IMG/VR virus record: IMGVR_UViG_3300027784_000005 | Coordinates: 1,121-65,120 of that record | Length of the DNA stretch: 64,000 nt | Direction: 5' to 3' (one strand) | Source of the DNA: a virus | In this document: one piece after another, positions 19,901 to 31,900 of the stretch | Numbering within the stretch: position 1 is the stretch's first letter | Layout: every line of letters begins with the position of its first letter | Translations under genes and position numbers: made by a program | Notes under the pieces: generated by a model | The model's database searches: none | What the model was told of the DNA's origin: nothing | Seen by the model: the letters and a program-made list of their open reading frames with translations, nothing else

Positions 19901-22529
19901 AAGGTCTTTTCGCTTAGATATTGAGGAAAGATATCAAGATCAAGTAACTAGCTTAATGAATGAATTTGGGGTTAAGCAGTTACATGAGGCTAAAGAAAAT
20001 CAAAGACAATATGAAGATACATTAAAAGAGCACCACCAAGAGTTAGAATCTCTTATGCAATCTTCTGCTTTATCCCGTTTAAGGATAGAACGTCAAATTG
20101 CTTTTACTAGACGAAATCTTCAACGCCAGGTTCAAAAAGAGGAACTAGAGTTATTAAAATCTTGGAATAATGATATTAATAACCTAAGGATACAAACTAG
20201 AAAACAAGAACTTGATGATCAAAAACAGACAACTGAGGTCATTAGGCAACAGTATGAGCTAAGACGTCTAGAGGAAAGAAGAGAACATCGGAGTAGGGTT
20301 AACGATGTAAAGGATCAAGTTCGAGGTCAAAGAGAAATGTTAGAAAAAGAACTTGACGGGACTATAAACACTATATTAGGCGTTGGGGCTCAAGTAGACA
20401 GAGAGATACAGAAGGTATTATTAGGGATAGCCGATGATAGTAATAGAGAGAGATTTAAAGGTTTTTTTGAATCTATACAAGGCCATATCGAGGATGTTTC
20501 TAGGGGTATTATGGAGTCCAATACTGTTGAAGAATTGGATAGATGGAAAGATAAATGGAAGGACATAGACGAGGCTATAGAAGGAGTTAAAGATAAAAGA
20601 GGGTTATTAGAGGCTTTTCAACCTATTATAGATGAATTAGATGATCCTACTAGAAACTTTATTGAAAACTTAGAAGAAGGAGAAAGGGCTTCGGAGTTAA
20701 TGCAGATGACCCTTAGAAACTTAAGGTCCTCTTATGATAGATATAATGAAAGTGTTTTGGATGGAATCGATTTCATGTCAAAGAATATTAAAGAACAAGA
20801 AACTTTAGTTGAAACATATAGAAGCACACTTGACACATTAGATGATATTAACGATAGAAATGAAAAACTAACATTAAATCAAAAGCTCAGGGAAATATCT
20901 ACCCATAACCTTAATAAAGCTTTAGAGGAGGTAGAAAAAACTGAACAGAGATTACAGAAAATAAAAGATACAGAGACAGAAGTAAGGTCAATTAAACATC
21001 AGATAGAACTTAATAGACTTATCGATAACTCTAATACAAAATTAGCTAACTCTGGGTCTGCTCATAACGAATTGACTAGAGCAATTCAGGAATCTACTCA
21101 AGCTCAGCTTGAGTTTAAACAAAATAAAGAAGAAACTTTAAGTGAATTTAATAGAGAGATTAATATTAATCAACGATTAGTTCAAGAACTTGAAGACCAA
21201 CTTAGAACGAGGGAGGAACTTTTAGATGATGATCACAAAGATGAAATACAAGAACGTATAAACACCATATTACAAGAAATTGAAGTATTGGAGAACCTCC
21301 ATGGTTTAACTAAAGAAAATTTTAAACTGGAGAAATTAATCCATGATCATAATAGGGAGAGAGCTGAGTCACAAGCTGCTCTTGCTGATCTTAATAAATT
21401 GTTGAGTGATAGTCAACAAGAATATAACGAAAAAATTCAACACCACCAGGAGTTAGTAGATATCCAACTTGAAATGGATAAAGTCAGGGCTACTAGAGAG
21501 GAACTAACCCTTAACCAACGATTTATCCCGGTTCTTGGCGGAATATTCCAAGCTCGTACTAAGGTTATAAACGCTCAGAGAATACAACAAAGAGAACATG
21601 AAAATGAATTAAATAATTTAAGACTCCAAAGGACAGCAGTTAAACGTCAACTTGAATTAGCTGAAGAACAATTAGAAAGTCTTGACAAATTAAAAGGGGT
21701 AGAAAAAGAACAAGCACAAGAAAGGGTACAACAACTTGAAACCCAGGTCCTTAGGATGAATGAGTTGATAGGTGCTACTAAAGACTTAATGTCGGAAGAG
21801 GAAAAAAGATTTGAGGTTCAAAAGAATCAAGATATGACTTCTGCTTTGGTTGATAATTTACAACCCAGTATTGATATGGCCCATGATTATGCTAATAGTC
21901 TAAGAGATGTAAGGCAAGAGATTCTTCTTGATGAGCATAAATTTCAATTAGAATATGCCGATCAGCTTAGGTATGGAGAGATAAATAGATCAGAGCATAA
22001 TCAATTAATGATAGCCTCTGAACGGCATCTCCAGGCTAAAGAAGACCATTTACGTCAACAAAGGTTGGCCTCATTAGTAAGAGATATAGGTAGAGAAATT
22101 TCTCTATATGCTGCAAGACAAGCTGCAAGTTCGGGTAATATAAAGGCAGCAGTTGGTTTATTAATGGGTGGGGCTGGGATTATGGTAGCCACAAATGCTA
22201 TTGCCTCTAGGATTGAGCGTCAATCAACCATGAGATTTCAGCAAGCAGAAATTGAGTTCCAGCGGGCTCAGAGTCAAATTCAACAAACAGAGTCTGGTAC
22301 CTCGGGGGATGATAGCCGGTCAAGGAAATTCGGGGGTACTATTAGGGCTGACAATCTTGTGGTTAATATCTCTCCAACACTTATTGTTGATGGAGAACAG
22401 ATATTTATTGGTTCTGGTAGTGCTTTAGAATTTTCTAGAGAAGTATCAGAACTTATGTTAGATTCAATACAACAAGCAGTTGATGATCGAAGGCTTGATT
22501 TAAGTAACGTTCCAAGAAATGAGGGTTAA
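16902..22529 (+). CDS. tape measure protein
   Basis: 1875 aa, long helical/coiled-coil with a central hydrophobic stretch; follows the chaperones. Confidence 0.9.
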   Translation: MPQGDKMGRRLEMLLNVSVSGMQNVDKLSSNLKNNATSLREVTKGLVDVEGGADRAATNYAKFQRSAERVEKSQKELSSINQQIAKEQSTLSRAAQERSSIDTSVYQKAIENNRSLMETFKSLKSVYSRVSEQSSQTFEPLGKSALDAKVDVQKLKDELQRLEKSYTGREQAFKQPRDPRTGQFAKKDQPGGIDKGQEPQEFAKEQESLKQRIRLMDETIERTESLQQAQQRYAKDRQAVIQTNEAMARNAEKVGKSEARVKALTDTKRRLIGELRAEGNVLNELSGQQLVKYNQQTGQAAIKSRDIASIKKMTTKASRDLSRQLDDTSRATRDSGRSQSEASGDTRALKQQLEAQNQEWTVMRQRISRNNEALWGLRRQLGALRNQILVVLFATRGLRNMMTSARDTIIEVDQGMLGLRRTAVSMGEDFQHLERITRSFEERGLQNADEAALALRNILQTGMGVEEATNLLYVFTDAASFNARSQRDLTDSVVRASEAFRDQRAQGLQAIGISQRMTDMVREHAMATGQQTAEVTGAERHMAIYNAIMSDSAKFTDNANELLETYEGRLISLGGASKSTSEAMGELLRPAFMQFTKTLTEGHGRIQEFIGELKDANREDIDRWVLRLNKTFEIIMTTIGSVSGTIVRLIVSYGDLIGIITQMIVAKTLYNKILARSALKLDEARKAVEGYNIVGMEQASTATVTNKVTGEQVTGMQRIKLIYKKARVDSVNYVASLKAENAEKGINTTMIGNNKASMAKASVIKKAYLATTQKVSAAWGIMTAKGRALITSIQGLNAAVIKKSATTTFYNIKAKATSGLWATLSIQGIKLKAVFSALTVTVKAAGGAFAILTKAVGALMMMFGKLLILFAAVHLITRLITWLTRTKETTDELTMANERLSDSYEKITQSVDRAQKRLRDIAPEANVFGVDTAELKQTEVIIEQHYSRLRALKEVHNREEDEDIRAALKDNIEHYRESLQDQIDLLEQYSSQVNEKLDNIRSFRLDIEERYQDQVTSLMNEFGVKQLHEAKENQRQYEDTLKEHHQELESLMQSSALSRLRIERQIAFTRRNLQRQVQKEELELLKSWNNDINNLRIQTRKQELDDQKQTTEVIRQQYELRRLEERREHRSRVNDVKDQVRGQREMLEKELDGTINTILGVGAQVDREIQKVLLGIADDSNRERFKGFFESIQGHIEDVSRGIMESNTVEELDRWKDKWKDIDEAIEGVKDKRGLLEAFQPIIDELDDPTRNFIENLEEGERASELMQMTLRNLRSSYDRYNESVLDGIDFMSKNIKEQETLVETYRSTLDTLDDINDRNEKLTLNQKLREISTHNLNKALEEVEKTEQRLQKIKDTETEVRSIKHQIELNRLIDNSNTKLANSGSAHNELTRAIQESTQAQLEFKQNKEETLSEFNREININQRLVQELEDQLRTREELLDDDHKDEIQERINTILQEIEVLENLHGLTKENFKLEKLIHDHNRERAESQAALADLNKLLSDSQQEYNEKIQHHQELVDIQLEMDKVRATREELTLNQRFIPVLGGIFQARTKVINAQRIQQREHENELNNLRLQRTAVKRQLELAEEQLESLDKLKGVEKEQAQERVQQLETQVLRMNELIGATKDLMSEEEKRFEVQKNQDMTSALVDNLQPSIDMAHDYANSLRDVRQEILLDEHKFQLEYADQLRYGEINRSEHNQLMIASERHLQAKEDHLRQQRLASLVRDIGREISLYAARQAASSGNIKAAVGLLMGGAGIMVATNAIASRIERQSTMRFQQAEIEFQRAQSQIQQTESGTSGDDSRSRKFGGTIRADNLVVNISPTLIVDGEQIFIGSGSALEFSREVSELMLDSIQQAVDDRRLDLSNVPRNEG

Positions 22530-22531
22530 TA

Positions 22532-24745
22532 ATGGCTCAAGTTCCAAAAAATACTCCCCTTTTTGATATTGATAAAATAGGTAAACCTAGTGTAGGTCAA
22601 TCAGAGGAAACTAAGGACATCGGATCATATTGGGAAATGGGGATTGAGGTTCCTATTAAGAATAGAAAATTTGAGAGAGGTACTGTTTTAGAATATAAAG
22701 TAGCCCCCGATCCTTTTAATAGAAACAATGTTGATGTATATGATACCCAATTTGGTATTAGCGCTGTAAACAAAGGTTCTCATAATATACCAAGCAATTT
22801 TGTTCAATATGGGGATATAGCTTTATTGGGTCCTTCCAATGAACCTCGTTTTCCAAATCATTCTGAGCATATAAAGATTGCCTCATCAGGTGAGGTTTTA
22901 GAATCGGTCAGTCATTGGAGAAGAGGGGTTTTATATACTTTAAATAGGGATAATAAATTCTCTTATTCAATGGGAGATGTTATTACTATTTATGGTACGG
23001 GTTGTGGAGATAACTGGACCCCAGTAGATAATATTTCAACTTTAGGTATACAAAAAGGGGTTTCTTCTCTTAATAGGCACGGTAAATATTTTCCGTTAAT
23101 AGATCAAGTTTCTTCTTTTGAATCTAATATGTCTAGTTCTCATCTAGCATTTTCTATTCAACTTCCTACCAATAACAATTTCACAAGCCACGTTAATCAA
23201 GGTTTATATAGTAGGGCTTGGGGTCAATTGGGTTTAATTCCTTGGAGATCCCCAGATAAATTCAATAAAGATACCCATGATTGGTTTTATGAGACCGGGG
23301 ATTATTCAGGGATCTTTAGGTTTCTATTATCTAAAAACACAGATGATGAAGCTAGGGCGGTTTATACTACTGACACTAATATCACCGAAGAACCCTATGA
23401 AATAAGGATAGAAGAGGGGTATAACACTTTTTTAGTTAGAAGTATAGATCATGGGTATGCCTCTATCGGGGATGTTGTCAGTCAAGGGACCCTATCTAGT
23501 AAACTTTATATTAAAAACCCAAAATATCGAGCTCACAGTATTTACTCCCCTGATGTAGAAGATATCACCATAGGGGACGGAATTAATTTAGTAACTATAG
23601 ACCCTGCCAATACAGATGCTGATTATTGGGACGAGAACCCTACAGAATTAGCTGAAATTATAGTAAATGCTATTAATTCATCAAATCCTTTTAAAGTCTC
23701 AGCTGAGATAATTGAAGCTGATGAATATATGATTTCCATTAAACTATCTAATAAGAACGTAACTCTTGATCCGGATATTAATTTTAATAATCAGGTAGAT
23801 GCCCCTTTAATCTTAGGATTTAATCATCCCGGAGGCTATGATTCTCATTTTGCTCAATGTCTATTCTCTTTAGCTAATGTTAACAGCCCATTAATTTCTG
23901 GTTACCGTCAAAATGTTGGTTTATTCTCTCAAACTATTAGGCCTTTGAGTGATAAATATCCTGCTATAATTGGTGATACCCATTATAGGACTGGTATCAA
24001 TTGGAAAGGATCTATTGAGCCGGGCGAGGTCAATGATAATGATTTAGATGGTACTGAAATGTTTGCTGCTTTTAAATGGAATCCTCTTGTCGGGGAAGCA
24101 GATATTAATCATTATCAAAACAGTATGATGTCGACCCCACCTCTCTTAAATAAAGATAAACGCTATCAAACTGATTGGAGAACCGATTTAGTAACATCTT
24201 ATGTAGATCAGGTCAATTTAGATAGCCTTGGGGACAATAGGACCCATAAATTTGATATAGTACTTAAAACAAAGGCATCGGCTGGCTATATCGACAATAG
24301 CAACGGCCAGGGGATTGAATTGATGGCTTTCATTAATCAAGTATGGGTTGAACATCAAGGCGATATCCCTGGAGCTAATAACGGATATGTTAAAATTCAA
24401 CATTATCCCTCTCAGGATACTCTAGCTATTAATAGGAGAGATTTAAGAGAACCCGAGACTATGACTTTAGCTAATGGCCAACAATTCCAAGTTCAATCCA
24501 TATCAACAGGTGAGAAAAAGCGTTATGAAATTGATGCTGATTTCTTGAATGTACCTTTAAACATTTACGATCAATTCAGGGCCCTATTGAGATGGCAAGA
24601 TAAAGGTTATAAATTAACACTACACCCTTATTTACCAGGAGTCCCGCATTGTTTAGTTGGGAGAATGGAGATATCAAACGAGCAGAAAAATCATTGGGAT
24701 CTGCAAAGATATACTTTCCATTTTAAGTTCTTCGAACAAGACTAA
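22532..24745 (+). CDS. distal tail (Dit)-like protein with a large N-terminal extension
   Basis: Directly after TMP; C-terminal ~120 aa is Dit-like and ends FKFFEQD. Confidence 0.5.
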   Translation: MAQVPKNTPLFDIDKIGKPSVGQSEETKDIGSYWEMGIEVPIKNRKFERGTVLEYKVAPDPFNRNNVDVYDTQFGISAVNKGSHNIPSNFVQYGDIALLGPSNEPRFPNHSEHIKIASSGEVLESVSHWRRGVLYTLNRDNKFSYSMGDVITIYGTGCGDNWTPVDNISTLGIQKGVSSLNRHGKYFPLIDQVSSFESNMSSSHLAFSIQLPTNNNFTSHVNQGLYSRAWGQLGLIPWRSPDKFNKDTHDWFYETGDYSGIFRFLLSKNTDDEARAVYTTDTNITEEPYEIRIEEGYNTFLVRSIDHGYASIGDVVSQGTLSSKLYIKNPKYRAHSIYSPDVEDITIGDGINLVTIDPANTDADYWDENPTELAEIIVNAINSSNPFKVSAEIIEADEYMISIKLSNKNVTLDPDINFNNQVDAPLILGFNHPGGYDSHFAQCLFSLANVNSPLISGYRQNVGLFSQTIRPLSDKYPAIIGDTHYRTGINWKGSIEPGEVNDNDLDGTEMFAAFKWNPLVGEADINHYQNSMMSTPPLLNKDKRYQTDWRTDLVTSYVDQVNLDSLGDNRTHKFDIVLKTKASAGYIDNSNGQGIELMAFINQVWVEHQGDIPGANNGYVKIQHYPSQDTLAINRRDLREPETMTLANGQQFQVQSISTGEKKRYEIDADFLNVPLNIYDQFRALLRWQDKGYKLTLHPYLPGVPHCLVGRMEISNEQKNHWDLQRYTFHFKFFEQD

Positions 24746-24785
24746 AAGACTAAGATAATTGAGACTTTTAAAATAAGATAAAAAG

Positions 24786-25997
24786 ATGAAAGCTCGAGAC
24801 ATACAATCACTTACTCCAAAGATTTTTATTAAAGACGATGGCACTGATTATGATAGTGGCGAAGAATTCAATGGCCTTTGGCCTGGCTTTGCAAATATAG
24901 GACATTGGAGGCTTAATGAAAGAAAAGGAGTAATTGGTTTTAATAATAAAGACCGGAGGACAAGGAATCTATATCTTTCAAACACTCGATGGTTAGTAGA
25001 TTCCCAAGGAAGTTATATCCGTTATAAACTACCCGGAGATTTACCCTTAGAGAATCCAGGGGTAAATCAATATATAATGGTAGGCTCTGGGGGCAATTTT
25101 AATGAACAAAGAAGTTTTAGTAGGTTTTTGAAATCCCATGGGATGGGCCCCCATACCTTCAATTATCAATTCGATGCTTGGGTAGGTATTGAAAGATTAC
25201 CGGATATTGGAAAGGAAGAGGTATTGTTATATATACATGACACTAAAGCAGAGACAGGTTTTGATAGAGTTTTAAAGTTTACTATAGAGAATGTAGGCGG
25301 TGATATAAGATTAGCTATGAGTATGGTTAATCAAAATAGGACAAATTGGACTAAGCTTTATAGTGAGAAAGCAGCTGATCCAATAAAAGATAATCTCCCT
25401 GGATTTCATCATATTGGCTTTGTTTATAGAGCAGGTTTACCCAGTTATCATCAATTTATAACGACTGATCAACAATTATATCTCTCTAAAGATAGTCCAT
25501 ATCCGAGTGAATTTATGACCCCAAACCCCCAGTTAGCTGAATTAATTTCTTCAGCTGATAGGGAATTTTATTTTTATATTGATGGTCAGTTTCAAGAAGC
25601 TGACAACTCTAATAATTTATCAGATTGGTATGTAGGGACTATTGCCATTGATGTTAACCCTTTTATTGGATGTCAGATATCTACTGACTCCCCAGTATTT
25701 TCTGATATTAAAAACTCAGAAAACCAACAAGTAGCTTTTAATAACCATTTTACTGGTAAAATTTATTCTATCCAATGGAATAATAGTATAGAGAACCCTA
25801 CTATAGATAGGATGTCTAACCTCTACAACCTTAAATTTAATGTTCCGAGGGGACCTCAATGGGTTGATTTTTCTGATTTTGAAGAAACAAGAGGGAAGAA
25901 TCTACTTAAAGATGTTGGTAGAATATCCCAGGCTATTGAAAATAAACAAGGAAATTTCTATGTTACTCTTAATAGAGTAAGAATGAAAAATGATTAA
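24786..25997 (+). CDS. LamG/concanavalin A-like tail protein
   Basis: GHWRLNE...FDAWV...FHHIGFVY...YIDGQ...FTGKI LamG pattern. Confidence 0.7.
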   Translation: MKARDIQSLTPKIFIKDDGTDYDSGEEFNGLWPGFANIGHWRLNERKGVIGFNNKDRRTRNLYLSNTRWLVDSQGSYIRYKLPGDLPLENPGVNQYIMVGSGGNFNEQRSFSRFLKSHGMGPHTFNYQFDAWVGIERLPDIGKEEVLLYIHDTKAETGFDRVLKFTIENVGGDIRLAMSMVNQNRTNWTKLYSEKAADPIKDNLPGFHHIGFVYRAGLPSYHQFITTDQQLYLSKDSPYPSEFMTPNPQLAELISSADREFYFYIDGQFQEADNSNNLSDWYVGTIAIDVNPFIGCQISTDSPVFSDIKNSENQQVAFNNHFTGKIYSIQWNNSIENPTIDRMSNLYNLKFNVPRGPQWVDFSDFEETRGKNLLKDVGRISQAIENKQGNFYVTLNRVRMKND

Positions 25998-25999
25998 TT

Positions 26000-28900
26000 A
26001 TGAGCATACCTAAAGATAACCCCTCTCAAGCTAGATTCTGGGATAGATTTGTTACCGAAGAATTTAAGACAGTAGATAACTTTAAGGCTAAGTTTGGTCC
26101 TACTGAGGGAGGAGGTAGTAACTCTTGGCCTAATAGGAGAGTGAAAATATCTGCTCAAATAACAGATAGAGAGGATAAGGTTTTTATAAAAGATATTGCG
26201 GTTTTTTATATATCCAAAGTTCTTACCAGTAGTGATGATAATAATGCAACCCTCCAATTACATGCTCTCCATAAACCGCTTCAAAAAGCTAATGCTGAAA
26301 AGATAAAAAATTCTGGTCAATGGTGGGAAAATGTACCAATATCTTTCTTAATTAATAAATTATTAGAGTTTGTGTATAAAGGGCCTGATGGGATGCTTCC
26401 CGAAGAGTATATGGTAAGTCGCCAAGACTTAAGTTCTGAGTTAGCCCAAGAAGACCTCCGTTATTGGAATTTGGGAGTACCCCCGAACTGGGATGGTCAA
26501 ACATTTACCCCCTCTATTAATGCTAACCCCATCACTTCAATGATTGATATTCCTGAATCTGATAATATTGTTGTTGGGTTAGGGGGTTTTAATGGGTATA
26601 AGGCAGAACTTTGGATTTATAATACCACGGAGGATACTTGGTCTTTTATAGCTTCTAACGAAGATTTTGAAGGTCCAATTCAAAGTTTAACCTATAATCC
26701 TCATGATGGTTTGGTTTACGGGGTTTGTTGGCAAGATAAGGCCTCAGATGTTAGTTCTATTGAAGCTAGTAACCTAGAGTGGATTGCCCCCGAAGCTAAG
26801 TTATTTTGGAGAAATCCTCTATTGATAGAAGCTGAGTACTTAGACGATAACTCTAAATCTACTACTATCCCTAACTTATTCCCTGGTCAATGGGAGATTA
26901 GGGAGATGTTTCCTTTAGATTCTGATAGTTCTTTACCTTACAATACTAAAACCCCGGGGGAAAGCCAAAGTTTTGATAAAAGTGACTTTAAAGCCTCAGT
27001 CGGTAATTTCGAGGGTATAGAGCATATAAGAGCTTCATTACCTTTACCTTATTTCGGAGATGTAGACAGATTCCCTTTAGTTAAAAATAAAAACTTTGAT
27101 TATGAAAAAGAGACATATGGCGGGGAATTATTCCCTAGAGGAGATTATAAGTTAACTGAGCAAGCTGTTACAACTTGGCTAGAACCTGCTGAAGATAATG
27201 TTAGCTATTTTAATGATGATATAATTTTAACTTCAACTGGTTGGTCAAATCCTGATGTAACTAATAATATTTTTTCTATAAGTATGGGGGCTTCTCTTGT
27301 TATTAAATCTAAAGATGTTGATCCCACTTTTAATTATAGAATCTATGTAGAAGGCTTTGGGTGTTCTAGCACAGATGAAGTAGAGTTTTATATAGTGGGT
27401 CACTATGTTGACACTCAAGGTACTATTATTGATAATACTCAATTAACACCTAGTATATCTATCAATGAAGCTGATGGGTTTCATTTTGTTCAATGTCCGG
27501 TAATTGACGGTCACCAGGGTACTTTTAATTTAGCCATAATGATATTTAACGGAACAGGAGATTACCCTACTGTGACCATAGGAGACATCTCTTTTACTAC
27601 TTGTACCCATTGGAAATTAGATGAATACGTAGATCTTCAAGCTGGAGAGAATATTCCTATCACCCATTACTCTAAGATAGTAGCGGGAGTTTATAATAAT
27701 AAGGCTACTAATGCTGGGGATACCGGGCCTAAATATAATTTCTTTAATGATAGAATAGGTAGCCCTTTCCAAGTAAGGGACTTAAAGTTAGAAAGTGTTT
27801 TTTTCTTAAGTGGTCAAAGTTCTGACGTGGGTTGGGTAACTGATGATAACGGCCATATTTATCGTACTACTGATGGCGGTGAATCTTGGAACGATAGCGG
27901 CAATACCGTTCAGTCTCGTAAAATATTCTCTTCTCATTTCTTTAATGCTAATGTAGGTTTTATTGTAGGAGAGAGTAAAGATGGAGATAGTTCACTCCAT
28001 AAATCTGAGAATGCTTCTTCTGCTAACCCTAGTTGGATACAAAAAAGTATTGATGGGTTAAGCAGGGATGTTTATAAAATAAGATTTTTAGACTCAAATA
28101 ACGGTTGGTTAGTCGGAGCTAAAGGGAATGTATTTCAAACTCAAGACGGAGGAACAAGTTGGTTTCCTAGACTATCAGATTCCAAGGAGTCTATGAGGGA
28201 TTTACATATCTTTAACTCTACTTCAGTTATTGTTTGTAGGGATGCAAGAAATCATGCTTTAGTGACATATAAAACAACAGACTCTGGTGGGAGTTGGGAT
28301 AAAGTAGAAGTCCCAGTATTCTATCCCGTATCGGGTGAGAGTTTAATAGGCATTAGTTTTATAGACGATGATACTGGTTATCTGGGGGGTAATCTTTTAA
28401 CTTATACTACTTATAATCAAAGAATCGGTACCAGATTTGAGATATGGAAAACTACCAACGGTGGAGATAGCTGGGTAAAGTTTTCTGAGGTTGCTACTAT
28501 TAGTAATAATTATCGGATGACAGATTTTAGATTTTTAAACTCTACCTTAGGTTTATTTTGTACTTCTCACGGCCATATTTACCTTTATAATCCATCCAAT
28601 GATGAGTTTGATTTGGTCTATAATGATACTCAAGATAGGGCTTTTAGAGAGATCTTCATAAAAGATAGTAATAATATCATTATAGTTGGACACGGTTCTT
28701 TGATGGCTGTTAGTGAAGATGGAGGAAATAATTGGGAAGTTACAGGAGAAGGTTGGAGAGCCGAAGAAGTATCTCTTGATTTTAATTTAATTGCTCAAAA
28801 TCGTAAAAAACTATCTAAAGATAAACTAGGGGCTTTCAATCCCTTGTATGGCCCAAGTGGCGGTGAGAAAGGGATTAGTTCTGATAACTCTATCCGTAAT

Positions 28901-31900
28901 TTAATAGCCCACTCCTTTGATTTTGACCTTCCAGTTAACGACGTGGTTATAAAAGATTTAGCCCCCTCTTTCAATTACGTAGAGAAGAAGTCTCAAGCAT
29001 GGGTAGGTAACTCTTCCTTATTTGCTAATGATGAAGATTTTAGAACAGGGGAAGCGGGTAATGGGTATCTGTCAGTTATTGCTCGGGCAATAGGAAATAG
29101 AGCTGGGGATCCGGATAATTCACTAAGACCTTTAAAGGGTATTGTGAGGTATACTAACGGTCAAGAGGGTTTCTTTGAATTAGCCAAAACGGCTAATCAA
29201 GGTAAGGGCGTTATTTTATTTTGTCAAGATAAAAGCGATAACCCAGGGGTAAACAGTAGATATAGGTGGGGCCCCGGTGGAGATAATAATCGGTTTAAAA
29301 CAAAATTAGTAGCATTTGATTGTGAAACTAAAGCCACTCATGATATTATGGATTTGGAGACTAATTACTCTCCTAACCCTAATACCCTTTATGACGAATC
29401 TACTCAAACACTAACTCCTATTGCTGGAGCAGTCAATGGGGCTAAAGTTTATATTTCCTTAGTAGCTAATCCCACCTATACTAAAAAATTCAACGGAGGT
29501 AACGAACATGAGATAACTGGTCCTAATTTTATTTATGAAGTAGATTTAAAAGAGGGTTCCTTTAGTGTTAATAATATTGATACTAAAACAATTTATGATT
29601 CTAGAAAAGATCAATCTCTTTATAACACTAGAAATAACGAAGAAGGAGAGCTTATTTTTTCTGGTAATGTCAATAATACTTATGCCTCTTTAAATCAGAC
29701 AGATGAGCCTGGTCCTCAAAACAGATCAAGAAAGATAACTCATCTTTTCTATAGTCAATACTACGGAAAGCTTTTCGGTTCTGGTTTCCGTAAAGACAGT
29801 TTATTGTCAACTTCAAACGAACAAGGATTGACTGTTCCTTGTCACGAGGTATTTTATCTTAACCCAGATTATGATAACCAATTAATAATCGTTGATCATG
29901 ATGTTCAGGATGGGATAAATGCTGACTCAATTAAGTTTACGGGTTTTAGTGAACATCAAGATCGTTTATGGTATTTTAGGTTATCTTGCCCGACCATTAA
30001 CCCCCATCGTTATTATAATCTCGGAAAAGGAGTTAGGGTTAATTATTATACAGAAGAGAACGGTATACGTGAGGGAGGATTGTTTTGGGATGAGAAATCA
30101 ATTGCTAATAGTCGTACTCTAAAAGAAGATCAGAGGTTTATATCTCATAACCAATCTATTACTTCTTTAGTATCTCCGAATCAAGAGATAGAGAGGAACA
30201 CTATATTCTCATCTTTTGATTATTATTTCCGAAGAGGTGATTTATCTCAACAAACATTAGATGAAATTGTCGGTAGGCCTAGATTATTCTTTAAACTTGA
30301 TTCTTATGGCTTAGATAGAAGAATTGAATTAGCTGATTTTTCTGATCTAAAAGTTTGGGATGCTATACAAAAATTAGCTAATGCTCATAATTTAGTATTT
30401 GGTTTTAATAGAGATAAATTTTTTGTAACCCCGAGGGATAAGACTTTAAAAACAATTTCTTTAAATAGTTTAAAAGGGGATATTAAATCTATTAATAAAG
30501 AAGTCAGCGATGATATTCATAATATTGTTAGTGCTTCAGCTTATAGTCCTCAGTTAAAAGAGGTTGAATGGGAAGTATCTCATGTAGGTTCAGATGATAG
30601 GAACAGAGCTCATGATTTGGAAGATGATCGTTTATTTAACGGAGAACTCTCTGTTAATATCAACACCGATGAGGTTAGTAAAATAACGATGATTTGTACT
30701 AAAAGGGGTAGATTATTAACAGCTGGCTTTGATGAAGAATCATCTGAGATAGGGGATGCTAACGATGATATTTGGGATAGCGCTTTTCGTAATCCTCCAT
30801 TATTTAAATGGCTTACTCATTTACCCTCTGTCGAGGTTGTATTGATGCAAACACTTTCATCTGACGAAAGACAATTATTATTAAATACTACATACCAGGG
30901 TTCTCCTCGGGCTATTCAACGTGGGGATATTTTAATATTTACTGACCAAGAAACTTTAGAGCCAGTAGGTAAATTAATAGAAGAAATTGATTTTGTTCAA
31001 AATCGTATTATTTTAGAAGAGCCATTAGGGTTTAGTGTTGAGAAATTTTCTAACCTCAGTATAATAAGGGCTAATACGGGTTCAGATACAAGTGGACCCC
31101 CAAATTTCAATTCTACAGTCACTGAGTGGGGTAAAAAATATAGTGACGAAGGATTAGCAGTAATTAAAGATATCAGGCGAGGAAGGATAGCTGGGGGTAA
31201 ACCATCGAATAAAGTAATACAAATTAAATCTTTTACTTATTTACCTAGTTCCAGGTTAGTTTCTTTTATTTTTGAGAAAAATCATGAGTTAAGTAAAGGT
31301 GATAGTTTTACTATAACAAAGACGGGGGATCCAGATTTTGATTGGGCGGGAGAATATACGGTATCTGAGGCTAGTGATAGGTCGGTCAGGTCTTTAGTTA
31401 ACATAGAAGATACACATGGATCATTCTCTAATTTTAATAAGAAGGTTGAAGTCTATTTAAGGACAGATACTTTTGAAACTCCAATGTCTGGGACAATAAT
31501 AAGACTTAATAACCTAAACTCTTTTAGGGGAGTAAGGATAAAACCTTATGGCCAAGATTATAAACACTTTAATTTCTTAATAACTACTTTACAGAGCGAA
31601 TCATTAAGTAGAACGAGTTTACCTAATACTAACAAAGAGGTGGACGAGATAGTTAATGTCCCCATTGCTTATATTCACGGTATTGATTTTAACTCTATGG
31701 AAATTGACTTGGGGCCAGGGGATTATTCTGATGTATTTCAAAAAGGGGATGTTATTAATGGACACTATATTATGAGCCCTACAGCAGATAAACATGATAT
31801 CCCACCTTATATGGGGCTTTCACAGACTCTTCCCGGCGGCTTAGGTAATTGGAGGTGGATTGCTGAGGCTGATACTGATTTATTTAATGTTGGAGATATT

